A stretch of 46,526 bases of DNA, filler included, from Jimgerdemannia flammicorona (Eukaryota): NCBI GenBank assembly GCA_003990765.1. It is 2 parts of 2 records of this genome, joined end to end, with 100 filler letters (N's around TTAATTAATTAA, not from the genome) between each part and the next. Parts side by side here need not be neighbours in the genome. Positions count along the whole stretch, not along the records: positions 1 to 23,214 come from RBNJ01001138.1; positions 23,315 to 46,526 come from RBNJ01001139.1. One strand, written 5' to 3'. The position numbers and the translations under genes were made by a program. How positions within the stretch are numbered: position 1 is the first letter of the stretch; every line of letters begins with the position of its first letter. Below, piece by piece: positions 22,877-35,320 of this stretch. The notes under the pieces are model-generated. The model saw only the letters and a program-made list of their open reading frames with translations. It did no database searches and was not told the DNA's origin.

Positions 22877-23214
22877 ATGTCCACCTTGCCATTGGGTGAC
22901 GCCGACAGGCTGATGGCGGCCAAGTGTCTCTACGAAACGAGCAGCTCGCTCCGTTGGCAGGACCTACGGAGCACGCAGGACAACAAGCAGAACTTTCCTT
23001 ACGATAAGGAGCTCAAACGACACTTGGAGGCCCTGAACGTGTCAGTACTTGCCGATCGGCTCGTGTGGGTGCCATTCTCCAGGTTTGAGAACGTAAAGAG
23101 GCTCGGGAGGGGCGGCTTTGCGATGGTAAGTAGGGGATGGGATTGTGTGTTCGACGCTTGAGCCTCTTCGGTGATGTTGCGTCACTCATTTATTTACACC
23201 TCCAGGTTTTTTTT
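22877..23214 (+). CDS. 5' part of a TKL-like protein kinase gene, cut off by the assembly gap
   Basis: RLVWVPFSRFENVKRLGRGGFAM-V is the pre-kinase W-x-P-F motif plus the Gly-rich loop; intron GTAAGT 23126 to CCAG 23205. Confidence 0.75.
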
Positions 23215-23314
23215 NNNNNNNNNNNNNNNNNNNNNNNNNNNNNNNNNNNNNNNNNNNNTTAATTAATTAANNNNNNNNNNNNNNNNNNNNNNNNNNNNNN
23301 NNNNNNNNNNNNNN
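23215..23314. other. Artificial scaffold/contig-joining spacer
   Basis: 44 N + TTAATTAATTAA (stop codons in all six frames) + 44 N = exactly 100 bp. Confidence 0.97.
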
Positions 23315-25290
23315 ACATACCACCCTCAAGGAAATGGACAGACAGAGAGAACCAACAAGACCCTCAAGAACATCCTAGCAAAGATCTCAGAGACATATGA
23401 GAATTGGGATAACTATCTCCCAACTGCCCTCTCCATTCTATAAGACATACAGTCACAGAGCACACATTTTACTCCAAGAGAGCTACTCTTCAGAGAAAAA
23501 GATTCTAATGGAACCTCAGCCACAAATCTAGACCTAACTTGGAGATGGGTTGATGCAGAAATCCAGAGACTATACCAAATCAGGAAGAAGGCTGAAGATT
23601 ACATCACCAAGTTACAAGCACTGATAAGGAAGAATGCAGAAAAGAATCACAAGGCCCTAGAACCCATCCAAATTGGAGAAAAGGTTTTACTGTATCAAAA
23701 TATGGTAGAAGTCTCATGGTCATGAAAACTAGAGCCCAAATGGGAAGGACCCTTCTATGTGCAAGATATCAAGGGAACTACCTTCTGGCTTAGAAAAATC
23801 TCAGGGACCATACTGCCTACCACAGTACATAGGAACAGACTCAAGAAGTACCATGAACCTATACAAGAGAAGCAAAATGTGATGACCACCCATGAGGTTC
23901 TAGTCCATGAATCATAATAGCATGTCCTATAACCAGCAGGCTATCTGTCTGGACCATTCTCTAAGGGATATGGTACTGGCAACTACTCATCCATGAGACT
24001 TTCGCAGTCAGAGAAGTTCAAACCATCAACTGATTGATCAAGATCAGAATCAGGCCCTTACTCTATATAAAGGGAGTGACCCTTCACCATTATGCCAAAA
24101 TACAAAGGGAAGATGCCAGCCCATAAACACCAGTTTTCAACCCCTTGCCAGAGGTTATGGGATCAGCAAATTTTTCAGAACTGGACCAATGAATAAGGAT
24201 GCTCAGGAAGATTCTTATTCAGGAGAAAGATGTAACGGTGACCCCAGAATGATGACATCAGCACAGGAGATAGCCTTTCCTTACAAGCCACTAGATCAGA
24301 GCACAAGAAGATCATACAGCATATGAGATGAGCAATGATGACCAACTATGAGTCATTGTGACCACAGCATGAGCATCCTGAAGAATATAAAAGAAGGATC
24401 AAGGAACTGCAGTAACAGCAACCAACAAGAACCACCAATCCCAAAATAGCTCAAAGACTTACCACAAACAAAATTCCTACTGCCTACCAAACCTCAAGGT
24501 CAAGAAATCACCAAGGTATCTTGATTGAGAAAAGGATATTTCAAGACATCAGAAGAGCCATGAGGACCTGCTCAAGAAGGACTCCTAGCATCAACCTAGA
24601 TACTGCAGACCCTTATCACTTTATCCTCTACCGCCACAAAATGGAAACAAGGATCACCATTGCTACTGAATACCTCCAAATGTGGCAGGAGTATGAAATA
24701 GGAAACCTCCTCTGCCGGGAGTTCCCACAGGCCAGCACTCAAGAGCTACAAGATGTCACTCTCATAGATATATGTAAAACAAGGACAGCTAGGAAGATCC
24801 ATCAGATCTTCAGACATGCACCATAGTCGATCCCCAACTTAGAGTATGTTAGAGTCTCAGATTTCAGAGACCTATCATCCCACCATATCAATACACTAGA
24901 AGCCAGGGTGGCTACAGAAGTCCAGTCCACTATCACCCTCAATAGCGAAGAAGTAGAAGACTTCTGGCACCCTATCCTCCAGGACAACCCAGATCAATTC
25001 CTGTAAGGATTGATCTCAGTATTCTAAGGCTCAAGCATCCAGGTTAGATCTCTCCAAGACCCCACATTTGTTCCTTATTTTGTGGAAGAGAATCTCATAG
25101 ACTGGAGAGCTCCAGACCTTGTCCCCGATTTCCCCGCCACAGCCAAATGTGATGACGTCATCGATGACATCATTGATGACATCATCCTGTGCAACATTGA
25201 AGCATGCAAAAATGACAAATTCGTAGATCTCATCTCCTTCAGTAATGATGATGATGAAGCCCCCATAATCCTGAACTTTCTGCTCTAAGT
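23315..25290 (+). mobile_element. Ty3/Gypsy LTR retrotransposon 3' part: integrase C-terminal half (23315-~23915) plus extra downstream ORF (~23922-25288), decayed
   Basis: TYHPQGNGQTERTNKTLKNILAK...WDNYLP (integrase core) and IGEKVLLY...KLEPKWEGPFYV...VHRNRLKKY (GPY/F module); near-total CpG depletion. Confidence 0.9.
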
Positions 25291-25294
25291 TCTT

Positions 25295-25735
25295 TGTTAC
25301 ACTGAATAATACCAGTACTGGTATTCTCATATAACACTGGATAATGCCAGCACCAGTATTCTGAGGTGATGTGAAATTATTCCAGTACTGGTATTTTGAT
25401 TTAACACTAAATAATGCCAGCCCTGGAACTTAGTAGTTTTAGTTATTGGAATTTATATTTAGCTTTATATCTTAGCAACCATTGAATTATATTTTGTATA
25501 AATACCTCTCTTATTTCCTTTGAAATAAAGTCAGTCTTCTCAGTGCAATATATACACTTCCTTGCAAGCAATCTAAGAGATAACAAGACAGTTAAAGATA
25601 AGAAGTTTGAGGACTATAAGACCTTAGGAAGGCACTCCAATAAGAACTTGCTTATAACAAACTTGAGTTAGTCTAAGAGATATACCTTGAAGAGAATCTG
25701 GCATATTTGAAGGACTCAGCAACCACTATGTGACA
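25295..25735 (+). repeat. Probable LTR (~440 bp)
   Basis: Termini TGTTACAC...ATGTGACA (imperfect inverted TG..CA); internal TATAAATA (~25497) and AATAAA (~25524); directly follows the Gypsy 3' region. No clear polypurine tract. Confidence 0.45.
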
Positions 25736-26299
25736 CTATGTATAAATACTTGAGGAGATTCTAATAGTATACTTTTTAAGAGTAAAAATTGTAATCACAA
25801 AAAAACAGATAGTACATTCTACTAATATGATAAAAACTTATTTTTTTATATACATATATAGAGATTAATAATATATCTATTACTACTTCTCAATATTTAA
25901 AAATAAGAGTAATAAATCAACTATTAAGTATAATTATTATAACTATATCTATTAAGAATATAATATATATAATATAATATATAAACTATTTAAATAAATA
26001 AATAAAATAAAAACTCAAAATTTTAATAAAATTACTAATTTTTTAAATTATATCTCTAAGATCAAGAAGATATTAACTTGTAATTAAGAGTTAGTTTAAT
26101 TTAATCAATTTTAATAAAATTTAATTTAATTTAAAGTTTAATTTAAATATAATATTTTAGTTTTATATTATATCTTTTTCTTATTATTTTTAATAATTCT
26201 ATAAGTTTTTAGTATATTCTGAATATCTAAATCTCTTTATTTAATATAAAATTATAGCTAGAATACTTTTAATTATTTCTTAATATTAAATATATTATC

Positions 26300-29200
26300 T
26301 TACTTAAGCTAATTATTATAACATATTGGCAGAAATGTGGTAGATTTCTTTATCTTAAATACTTGATCCTCTTTGACTCTTCAGAGTTCTCAGATATAGA
26401 GGTGAGTAAGTTTGAAATATATCTATCTATAGACTTATTAGTTTTTTGTCTTTTTGCTTGAACTATTTTGATCTGAGGTTTATTTACTCTAAATATTAGA
26501 AATATTTAATATAAGTTTGCTAGCTATATAGTAGCTTAGTTAAGACTTCTGTAAGTTATTTTATATATAATTAAGAGATTAGTATAGCTATAAAATTTAT
26601 ATATCTGAGAGATCTATATATCTAAGAGATCAGGTGGCTGCTAAACTACAATGCTATACTATATTTAGAATCAGATTCAGATATTATAATTAAATGTCTA
26701 TTCTCTGATAATTATTTCTAATTCAGATCAATTATTATAACTTTCTCCTGAATAAGTAATTTTATCTCTAAATTATCTTATTCAAACTTCTATATTCTGA
26801 ACAATTGTATATTTTTATACTATAATCTACTCAATTATATTCTCTCAGTAATATCTTTTTATCTATCAGAAATCTCCTGAGACTACTTCTCAGAAATAGA
26901 CCAGGGCTTGTTTATTATTCTTAAATAGTTTATGGACTCTCTTGACTATATTAATCTAGATATAGAATATCTGACACTCTATGATCTATTCTTCTTTGAT
27001 CATACCCTTTTTATTTAGTAATTTCTCTAACTTGAAGTACTCTTGAAAACTTAGTATAATATTTATAGTCTCTAAAGTGTGAAATTTATAATAGGTGAGT
27101 CTGTATGATATTTTAGATACTATTAAAGAATTTCTCTATAACTGATAGCTTAGTAAAATAATATTGTCTTTCTATAACTCACTGGGTAGTACTTGTAATC
27201 TTGAGGACTAAAGCAGTACTTCATTAATTAGCCATAATACTTCTTGAGTTAGTTTCAGTAGATAGTGATAAAGATGATTGTGCTTGATAGTTTTTATAGC
27301 CAAAAGGTAGTTTCTTTTATATTTTATACAATATAAGATCCTTTTTACTTAGGCTCCAGTTTTTAGCTAATGAAGCTTCTACTATATTCTGATATACTAA
27401 GACTTTGTCTCCTATCTTAATAATCTTCAGAAGCTTATAGATCTTCTCTATATTATTTTATTATAATATCTATATCTTGATTATATAATCTTCAGTCTTC
27501 TTCCTTATTTGGTATAATCTCTATATATATATATCCCAACATCTATACCTTTCTATACTATATCTCTATTAGATAATAAGGTTCCTTAAGAACTTTCTTC
27601 TCTGAATAGCAATTCTTAAGAGATTAAATAGATACTTTATAATTATATATCTCAGAGAGCAGATAATACTATTAGCAGATAGTGTTCTCAATTTTCATAG
27701 TTATTATAGATCTTGGTAATAATATTTTTAAGTTCTTTTAGTCTGTTTATTTCTCTATAAATGATAAGCTATAATTTAAATATACTAAATCTTATACTTC
27801 TTATATAGAACCTCAAAGAGCTGATTTATAAATTATATTTCTTCATCTATTGTTACTTACTTTGGAGTCTTGAATTGGTAGATAATTTCTCTGTAGAAAA
27901 AATTAGTAATTGACTGTATATTGACTTCTTTGAGAAATCCTACTTCTGTCAATTTTATAAAGAGATCTATTATGATAATAATATATTAGTTACTAGTTAA
28001 ATCAAAGGTAGTGAGTCAATTATATCTATTATAATGTAGATAAATGATACTGATTTTATATCTACTAATTCTGATATCTGATTTTACTGATCTTATTTCT
28101 ATTTCTAGTATTTATTATAGATCTTGACAAATTGTCTAATATCTTCCTCTATTCTAGATCACTATATTATTCTTCTAGCTTTGTCATAAATATTTGTTCC
28201 TCCTATATAGCTGAGTTTATATACTAATTTCATTGCTTGTTTCTTCTTATACTCTAGTATGACTAATAGTTTTTCTTTCTTTAGTATTTCTCTATTAGTT
28301 TCAAATTATTTCTAGCTTTTATTGATAATTATTTATTTTTATTCTTCTAGATATTGAGATATCTTTTACTCTTCCAGATAGATGATAATTCTATAGTAAA
28401 GTTTCTTATTCATTTTGGTTTACTGGTTATGAGTTCTTTGAGATATCCATGAGAGTATATCTATATTGATATTGGTTTTTTCTGGACAGTACATGATGAT
28501 TGCATTATAGGCTAGCAGTTTTATAATCTATCTAATAAATATTTCTTTAAGTTGACTAGTAGTCAATAATCAGATAAAGACTGAATAATTAGTTAGTATA
28601 GTAAAGTATCTTCTGATAAGATAATAGTGAAACCTTTCTATAACCCAGATAACTTAGCTTGTAGAATTTATATTCTCTTTCTCCTCTATAGGTTCTTTAG
28701 CTAAGATATACAATTACATATTTGACCTTATTCTTCTTTTATATAAGGATAGCTTCTAGTCTAATTGAGCTTATATCTATCTGCAAGATGAACTCTTAAA
28801 ACTAGTCAGATCTTCTCAAGATAAGTATTTGGGTCAAACAGATCTTGAGATATTCAAATACTTATTATTACCTATCAGTCCATTGGAATTCAGTATCTTT
28901 TTTAAATAATTTATAGATAAAGCTTATAATGTTGAAGAATCTTTTAATAAACCTCTTGTAATAGATATCAAGTCTTATAAAGGCTTGAGCTTCAGTAACT
29001 ATAGTGGGTCTTAGATAGACTTCAAGTACTTAAATCTTAATAGAGTCTATATAGATTCTATTTCAATTGATGATATATCTCAGATAAGAGATCTTAATTA
29101 TACTGACTTATACTTCTTTAGCTTGATAAATAGGCCATGATCTCTCAGTTTTAAAGAGATTCAGTAAATATAATTCAGATATTTCTTGACTATCTTCTAG

Positions 29201-30460
29201 TAAATATATTATCTATATAGACTATTATCTATTTTTCTATATCTTTTTGAAAGATCTTATTTATTATTCTTTGGAAACTTACTGGAGTATTATATATTCT
29301 AAATAATATTCACAGATAGATATAGGTTCTATCTAGGATAATGAAGATTGACTTTTCTCTAGTAAGACTGATTTGATAGAATTCTGAGTATAAATCCAAG
29401 ATAGTATTATTGTATTTTATCTTCTAGTATTATCAGGATATTACTGATGAGGGGTAGTAGTTGGTAATTCTTTTTGGTGACTTCTTTTAGATTTCTATAG
29501 TCTGTCCAGAGCCTTGGAGTAAATTCTCCTAACTTGCTTTCTTTTTTTGAGGCTAGTACAATTGGTGAAGACTAGGGGCTGATGGTCTTCTTAATAATAC
29601 TGACTTCTTTTATCTGCTTGATTTCCTTCCTGAGCCATTCATAATATGCTAGTGAGATTGGTCTTATTTTTTAGTAGATTGGCTTAGTGTCTTCTATATC
29701 TATATCATAATAGTAATATAGTATCTTTCTTTTAATATTCTTAAAATTAGCAGCAAGGATATTCTCAAATTTATGCAATAGCTTTTTGAGTTCCTTTTTG
29801 AATGAAAATTCATTTTCTATAGTATAGCTATGCTTGTCTATGATTTTCACCTTTTTATAGTCTAATTTAATGATCTTGGTACTGATGAAAACTCCTCTTT
29901 CTGTAGATCCAAATCCTCTTCTTTCTCTTTCTATTTCCTCTAACTTCTTGACTTTCAAAATCTTGGATTATACATAGTATCAGAAAGATCAGTATTTATG
30001 CAAATTAATTCTTTTTCTTAACTGTAAATAGAATTATAGAGTTGTAATTCCTAGTGATAAATAAGATTTCTATAATATAATTAAAATTGATGACTCCTCC
30101 TTCAATCAAAATTTCACTCTTCTAGACTGCTTCTTGTCTTAAGTACTTTAATATAGTCCTTGGGAATAGTTATTTCTAGTCCAGTTATAAGTAGAGTTAT
30201 TGTCTGAGGTTTGAGAATTATCTCCTTAACTATAGTAATATCTATTTCTACTTATTTTCTGACTTGTATTCTGGTAGAACTATATCAAGATGAATACTCT
30301 GAATCTTGACCTTGATTTTCTCTTCATCATCACTATTCTCTAGAAGAGCTGGTAGTTCATTCTCTTGGTCTTTCTTTTCTTGCTACTTCTGCCTTCTTTT
30401 CTTCTCTTTATAATAAATTTTATAGATCTTAGTAGTACTTATCTATTGTAATGATACTTT
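26300..30460 (-). mobile_element. Heavily mutated Ty3/Gypsy pol (dUTPase-RT-RNase H-integrase) plus extra ORF, related to 23315-25290 and inverted
   Basis: Minus-strand remnants: SPIVLASKK..PRLWTDYRNL, NTPVSFQRIIN and VYIDNI (YxDD) for RT; KIGDKVLVYQNIVEAS..KLEPK*KGSYIV for the integrase tail; many stops; very AT-rich. Confidence 0.88.
29905..30290 (-). pseudogene. Retrotransposon-borne dUTPase domain upstream of RT
   Basis: Across frameshifts: EIDITIVKEIILKPQTITLLITGLEITIPKDYIKVLKTRSSL (motifs 1-2), ILIEGGVINFNY (motif 3, GVID.DY), LEEIERERRGFGST (motif 5). Confidence 0.82.
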
Positions 30461-30479
30461 CAAAACTAGTGACATCAGA

Positions 30480-31595
30480 ATACAGAAGACTGCCCAGACT
30501 TTACAAGTCACCAGTTATCAATTATGACTCAACTATAACTTATCTTATCTATAAGATAATCTATATCTGAACTTATAATGACTCATGATGACCCCAGTAG
30601 TATACTACTCTAAATCAGATAACTCTACTCTCTAAATCAAAGAAGAAGATCCTTAAGATACATATAAAAGAAGCAATAAAAAGAAAATTCATCAAATAGA
30701 AGACTTATCATGAAAACAAAATGCATACCATTTGCCAAACAGTAAGATCAAGGAGCCATCTAGGCTCATTAGTTTAAGAATAAATATTCACTAATATCAA
30801 GAAGACTACATATGAGGTTATATATAAGAAAGACCTTAAGCCTGAATCACTACACAAGAGATCTCTATCACTATACTCTCAACTGCTATGAAATAGAGAC
30901 AAGAATCACTACTACTACTGAGTGTCTTTAGATATGACAAGAATATGAAAAAAGACATTACCTTTACTAAGAATTCTCACAAGCCAGCTCTCTAGAAATT
31001 ACAGATACTACTTGTATAGATAGATATGAATAGAAATTGTCATCAGATATTTAGGCATATACCCTGGGTCATTCTCAATCTGAAATATGTCAAAGTCTCT
31101 GATATTTAAGAACTGACAAGCTGCTATATAGATCATCTTAAAGAAATAGTTACAGAAGAAGCCCAATTTACCATTACAGTTAAGAGTGATGAGGTTTAAG
31201 ACCTTTGGAACCCTATCCTAGAGGACAATCCAGACCAATTCATTCATAGTTTAATTGTAATATTTCAAGGCTCTTCCTTGCTTCCCTCAGAATTCTACAG
31301 ATGTTCCCTACTTTATGACATAACTATTGACTGGAGACCTCAAGAGCAGAATGACTACATGCCCTTTGATGACATCATCAGCAATGACATCACCTCCCAA
31401 AACAACTTAGAGAATAATGGTGACCCACTTATTTTGCTGGAAGACAACATCAACAATTTCCTAGGGGAGCCTGCAGGCTTCCTTTCCTCACCCCCAGAGC
31501 CCCCCACTGACTTCAGCACAATTGTGGAGGATGCAGAAAATAATTTGGCCAGACCCCCTGAAGAGAAGGAGGATGAGGATGACATAATCCCCTGA
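30480..31595 (+). mobile_element. Third copy of the Gypsy extra ORF (3' fragment)
   Basis: HQIFRHIPWVILNLKYVKVSD...DLWNPILEDNPDQFI aligns with HQIFRHAP*SIPNLEYVRVSD...DFWHPILQDNPDQFL at 24800-25000. Confidence 0.8.
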
Positions 31596-31596
31596 A

Positions 31597-34500
31597 CAAG
31601 TACGTTACCGCGGTCAACAATGCCAACAATGCAAGCAGCGCCACCAGCAAATTATGCCATTATCATCCGGATTCTTCCAGTTTCTGACGACCAACAGCGA
31701 TCCCAACCAAGTTCAGATCCCAACCATCACCAATGCAAGCAGCAATCTAGTACGCGACCCAGTAGCCGATGAATATGGACACCAGTGCAATCGATGGCCC
31801 TCTCCCGAAATACGCCCACCACCAAACGACGTCAAGTAACACGAGTAGCAGTGGTATCAACCATGGACCCATGGATTTCTCCGCCCTAATCGGAGTCATC
31901 GCGCAGAGTATGCAGCAAATGAACCAACTCTCGCATCAGATCGCTAATTCCCTCGGCAACATCAGTAATGGCCCGCAAAAGGAAGTTAAGAACATCACCG
32001 CAAATGACAACTCTGCACTTTCAGTGGTAATGGAGCCGAGTTCCAGACATATTTCTCGACCGTCGAAACCGCGATCACAGCCAAGACCTGCAAGGGTTCC
32101 AGTGCCGCTAAAGGACCAAGATTCAACGCGTCCGAAAATATCATCGCCTATGGTTCTTCGCTCGATAAGTTTGTCGTCAAAAGCAAAGCCATCGTAAATG
32201 CCACCGCCTCCAGATTCACAGGAAATGTCGAGCTGATGGCCAGCAAGGGGCTCAGGGAAATGCTCGAAGAATGTTTCTGGTCGTCCCAGTTCATCAGCGA
32301 AGCCTTTGCAAAAGTCCGATCAATGAAATACGTACCCAGTACATAGTCAAATGAAGAATTCGTGGCGGTACTCGAAGGGTACATGATTACAATCGGAATG
32401 GGATACGCCCATGGGAATGCAGCTAGAAATCGATTCCACAGGCAATACTTGTTGGATATGCTCCCTGAGCAACCAGCCATGATCATAAAAGCCGAACAAG
32501 TCCCGGCTTCATGTATTCCAACGCAAGGAAAACAGCGATGGCTGTTTCAATTGTACCTTAGGGTAGGTCCATCGTATAATGCAAGCATATTCGAATAAGC
32601 AGAACAGCTCAGATTCCAACAGGCTTTCGGAGGCACAAGTATCAGACTCAAGGGAAATAGCAACAACAACGACTACACGCACACCGACAACACATCAGCT
32701 AAACGAAGAAGAAATACGAGACCACAACGAACGGCTCGATGATTTCAGTCCCGAAAATTGGGTACAAACGGCATCATGGAACAGCGACCCAGCTTCAGCG
32801 ATCACATACACAGCTAGACAATCGCGGAAGCTGTAGCACTTGCTACAATTGTGGAAAACTAGGTCATTTCGCCGGAGAATGCCGCAGCCCGGACCAACAA
32901 AATAATAATGAGCTCATGCAACGAAATGGACCATGATGTTCAGTTCGCGTAGATGAAGTACCGGTCAGCGACCTCGACAATTAATGTCATGTTGAACGCG
33001 CAAAGTACGATTATAAACTGGTGTCCAGTTGAACACGACGCCTGGTACCATCCGCGCGCCTTACAAATTCTTCAGTGCACCAACGGCGAGTGCCCACATC
33101 AGCACGCAATGGGGGTCGCAGCCTTACCACCACTGAAACGTCGAGAAAGGGCCCAGAAGGCACTAGCAGGGTATCGGCGCGCAGGTGGCCAAGCTTGGAA
33201 TAGGAACAAGAAGCAAGGATATAGCAGAAACAACGGCAGCAGCAACAACATTGACTCCGGCATAGGAAGCAACTTGAATTTAAGTCAAAAGGGACCCGGA
33301 GAATTTCAGTGGCCTGGAGACTGGGTCACAGCGCAGAAACGAGAGCAAACCTGTCAGGGACTGACCCTCCAGGACCTCCAACAAGACCCGAAGCCGTCAA
33401 AACCGACAAATATCGAAGAGATGACCTTTGATAACCTCGCAAAGTAGAGTATGCAAATGCAATAGCAACTCCTCCAAGGCACCACGCCAGAGAAAGGCAA
33501 AACTACCAGAACTGATACCAGTACAAGGGCAATGAGGGATTTAATCCAGACCAGTCAAACGGTATGTCAGTCGACATCTCGGCTCTCGGAAGTCGTGGTT
33601 TCCACCAAGCACCCCCACAGCTCAGCGCGAGTGCAGCAGGTGCCCCAACAATCAACATTCAAGGATAACAACCCACAGGAACAGGCCCGTTCATGCGAGC
33701 ATACAATGAACAATTCTCGGTGGAATAGTTAACACGATCATTGTTCTTCCAAGTAGGAAACGCCACGAACCGGAGGACCATTCTAGGAAAAAAGCCGGAA
33801 GCGCCGAGAACGAACCCGGACCCGAATCCGCCCACAATGGAAAGATCCAATAGGACACACGAACTATCAAGGAACGGAACGAACAAGCCCGATGACAATG
33901 ACGCGCGGCGCCGGTAGAACGACAATGGCAAACAAAGAGCAACGTTACCGAAACCCTTAATTTCGACCACTGGACACCACTGAAGTATTGCAAGGCTAAT
34001 CAAAGAATATGGTCACCTCACGACATTGGACCTGATCAACAAACGAGCAGAATACCAGAAGAGGAATGCAGCAGGAAGATACGACCAGTTGATAAAAAAT
34101 CTGGGACGAATGATAATGGCGTTCCACGAAGCCAGTAAAACCAGATCAACAAGCAACACCAACACCAACAACTCAGCCACGACAACACGATCAGCAGCCA
34201 CCGAATCCACGTCCCTCGTACCTACCCACGCAGGCAGTTCCAGGGAAAGTCCGGACGAATGGGCGCTGTATGTCAAATATTTTTGTCGAAAGGATTTATT
34301 GACATACACATCCATAAATGTCGCATGTCTGTTCAATTACATCTTCGGAGAAACAGACGCACTGTACCTTCTCGAAGGCATCCCTAATGTCATCAGACAC
34401 ACCCCCAGACAAGGAGACCCCGGAACAATCTGGCTACCCTGTCCAAGCCGCCTTCGAAGAGATCACGATCTTTATTCAAGGAGTCAGGGAAATCGATATA

Positions 34501-35320
34501 GGGCCAGTGTTTCTACTCCTGGAAGTCAACGAAGCCAATTTGCCGCATATTCAGGACAACAACACGGTGCTGTCGCGCGGACTAGCAGAAATGGAGCATA
34601 GAAAGGCCACGATCAACTTCGACAAGAAGGAAATAAGGTTCCCGATAAAAATGAAAAGGTCCGCTACGTGTCAGATCTCGACGATGAGGGAATCGTTCAA
34701 GTCGTTACTACAAAACTCGAAAGAAACGGTTAAAACCACGGCCTACGCGGCTATCGTTACCCTCGTCATGACACAAGACCCAGACCCAATTATCACACCG
34801 GAAGCTTTCTTCGTGCTCTTCAAGGAACTTCCTGAAGAACCCGAGTTCCCCGAAAACTTATGGAAATGACGACGCGCCTTCTACTGAGAAGGACAGCCCT
34901 GGAAATTCATCAAGGGTTACGAGCACAGAGTGCACGTCACAGACGAGGCGTCAGTAGTCTGTAAACCAGAAAGAAATCTGACAAGGAAGCCATGGCGATC
35001 CAGGCGCATCTGGACAAACTCGAAAAACTCAGAGTCATTGAGAAGGCACCAATAGGATAAACGAGCTCGTTGTCACAGATGAAGGATTCGAAGAAGAAAT
35101 TGAACGAATGGTCGGCCTACAGGGATTGTCGGAAAGCCAACTACACGTAGTATTCACCGGACACGGAGATATGGGAGAAATCAAGGCCAAGCCAACAACA
35201 ACGCAAGCAGCGCCACCAGCAGTAGTGGTCAACAAGTGCCTGTGCAAATTACGCCATCATCGTCCGGATTCTTCCAGTTGCTGACGACCAACAGCAATCC
35301 CAACCAAGTTCAGACCCATA
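31597..35320 (+). mobile_element. Gag-bearing retroelement relic (gag, CCHC knuckle, possible protease remnant) bounded by ~110-bp imperfect direct repeats
   Basis: CYNCGKLGHFAGEC at 32841-32882; fragmented gag-like ORFs 31769-32600; ATINFDKKEIRF (~34605) resembles a retropepsin C-terminus; direct repeats at ~31625-31722 and ~35195-35320. Confidence 0.7.

Noticed and set aside
23215..23314. TTAATTAATTAA palindrome in the middle of the N run
   Set aside because: Artificial six-frame-stop linker; the adjacency and distance of the two halves of the window are therefore unverified
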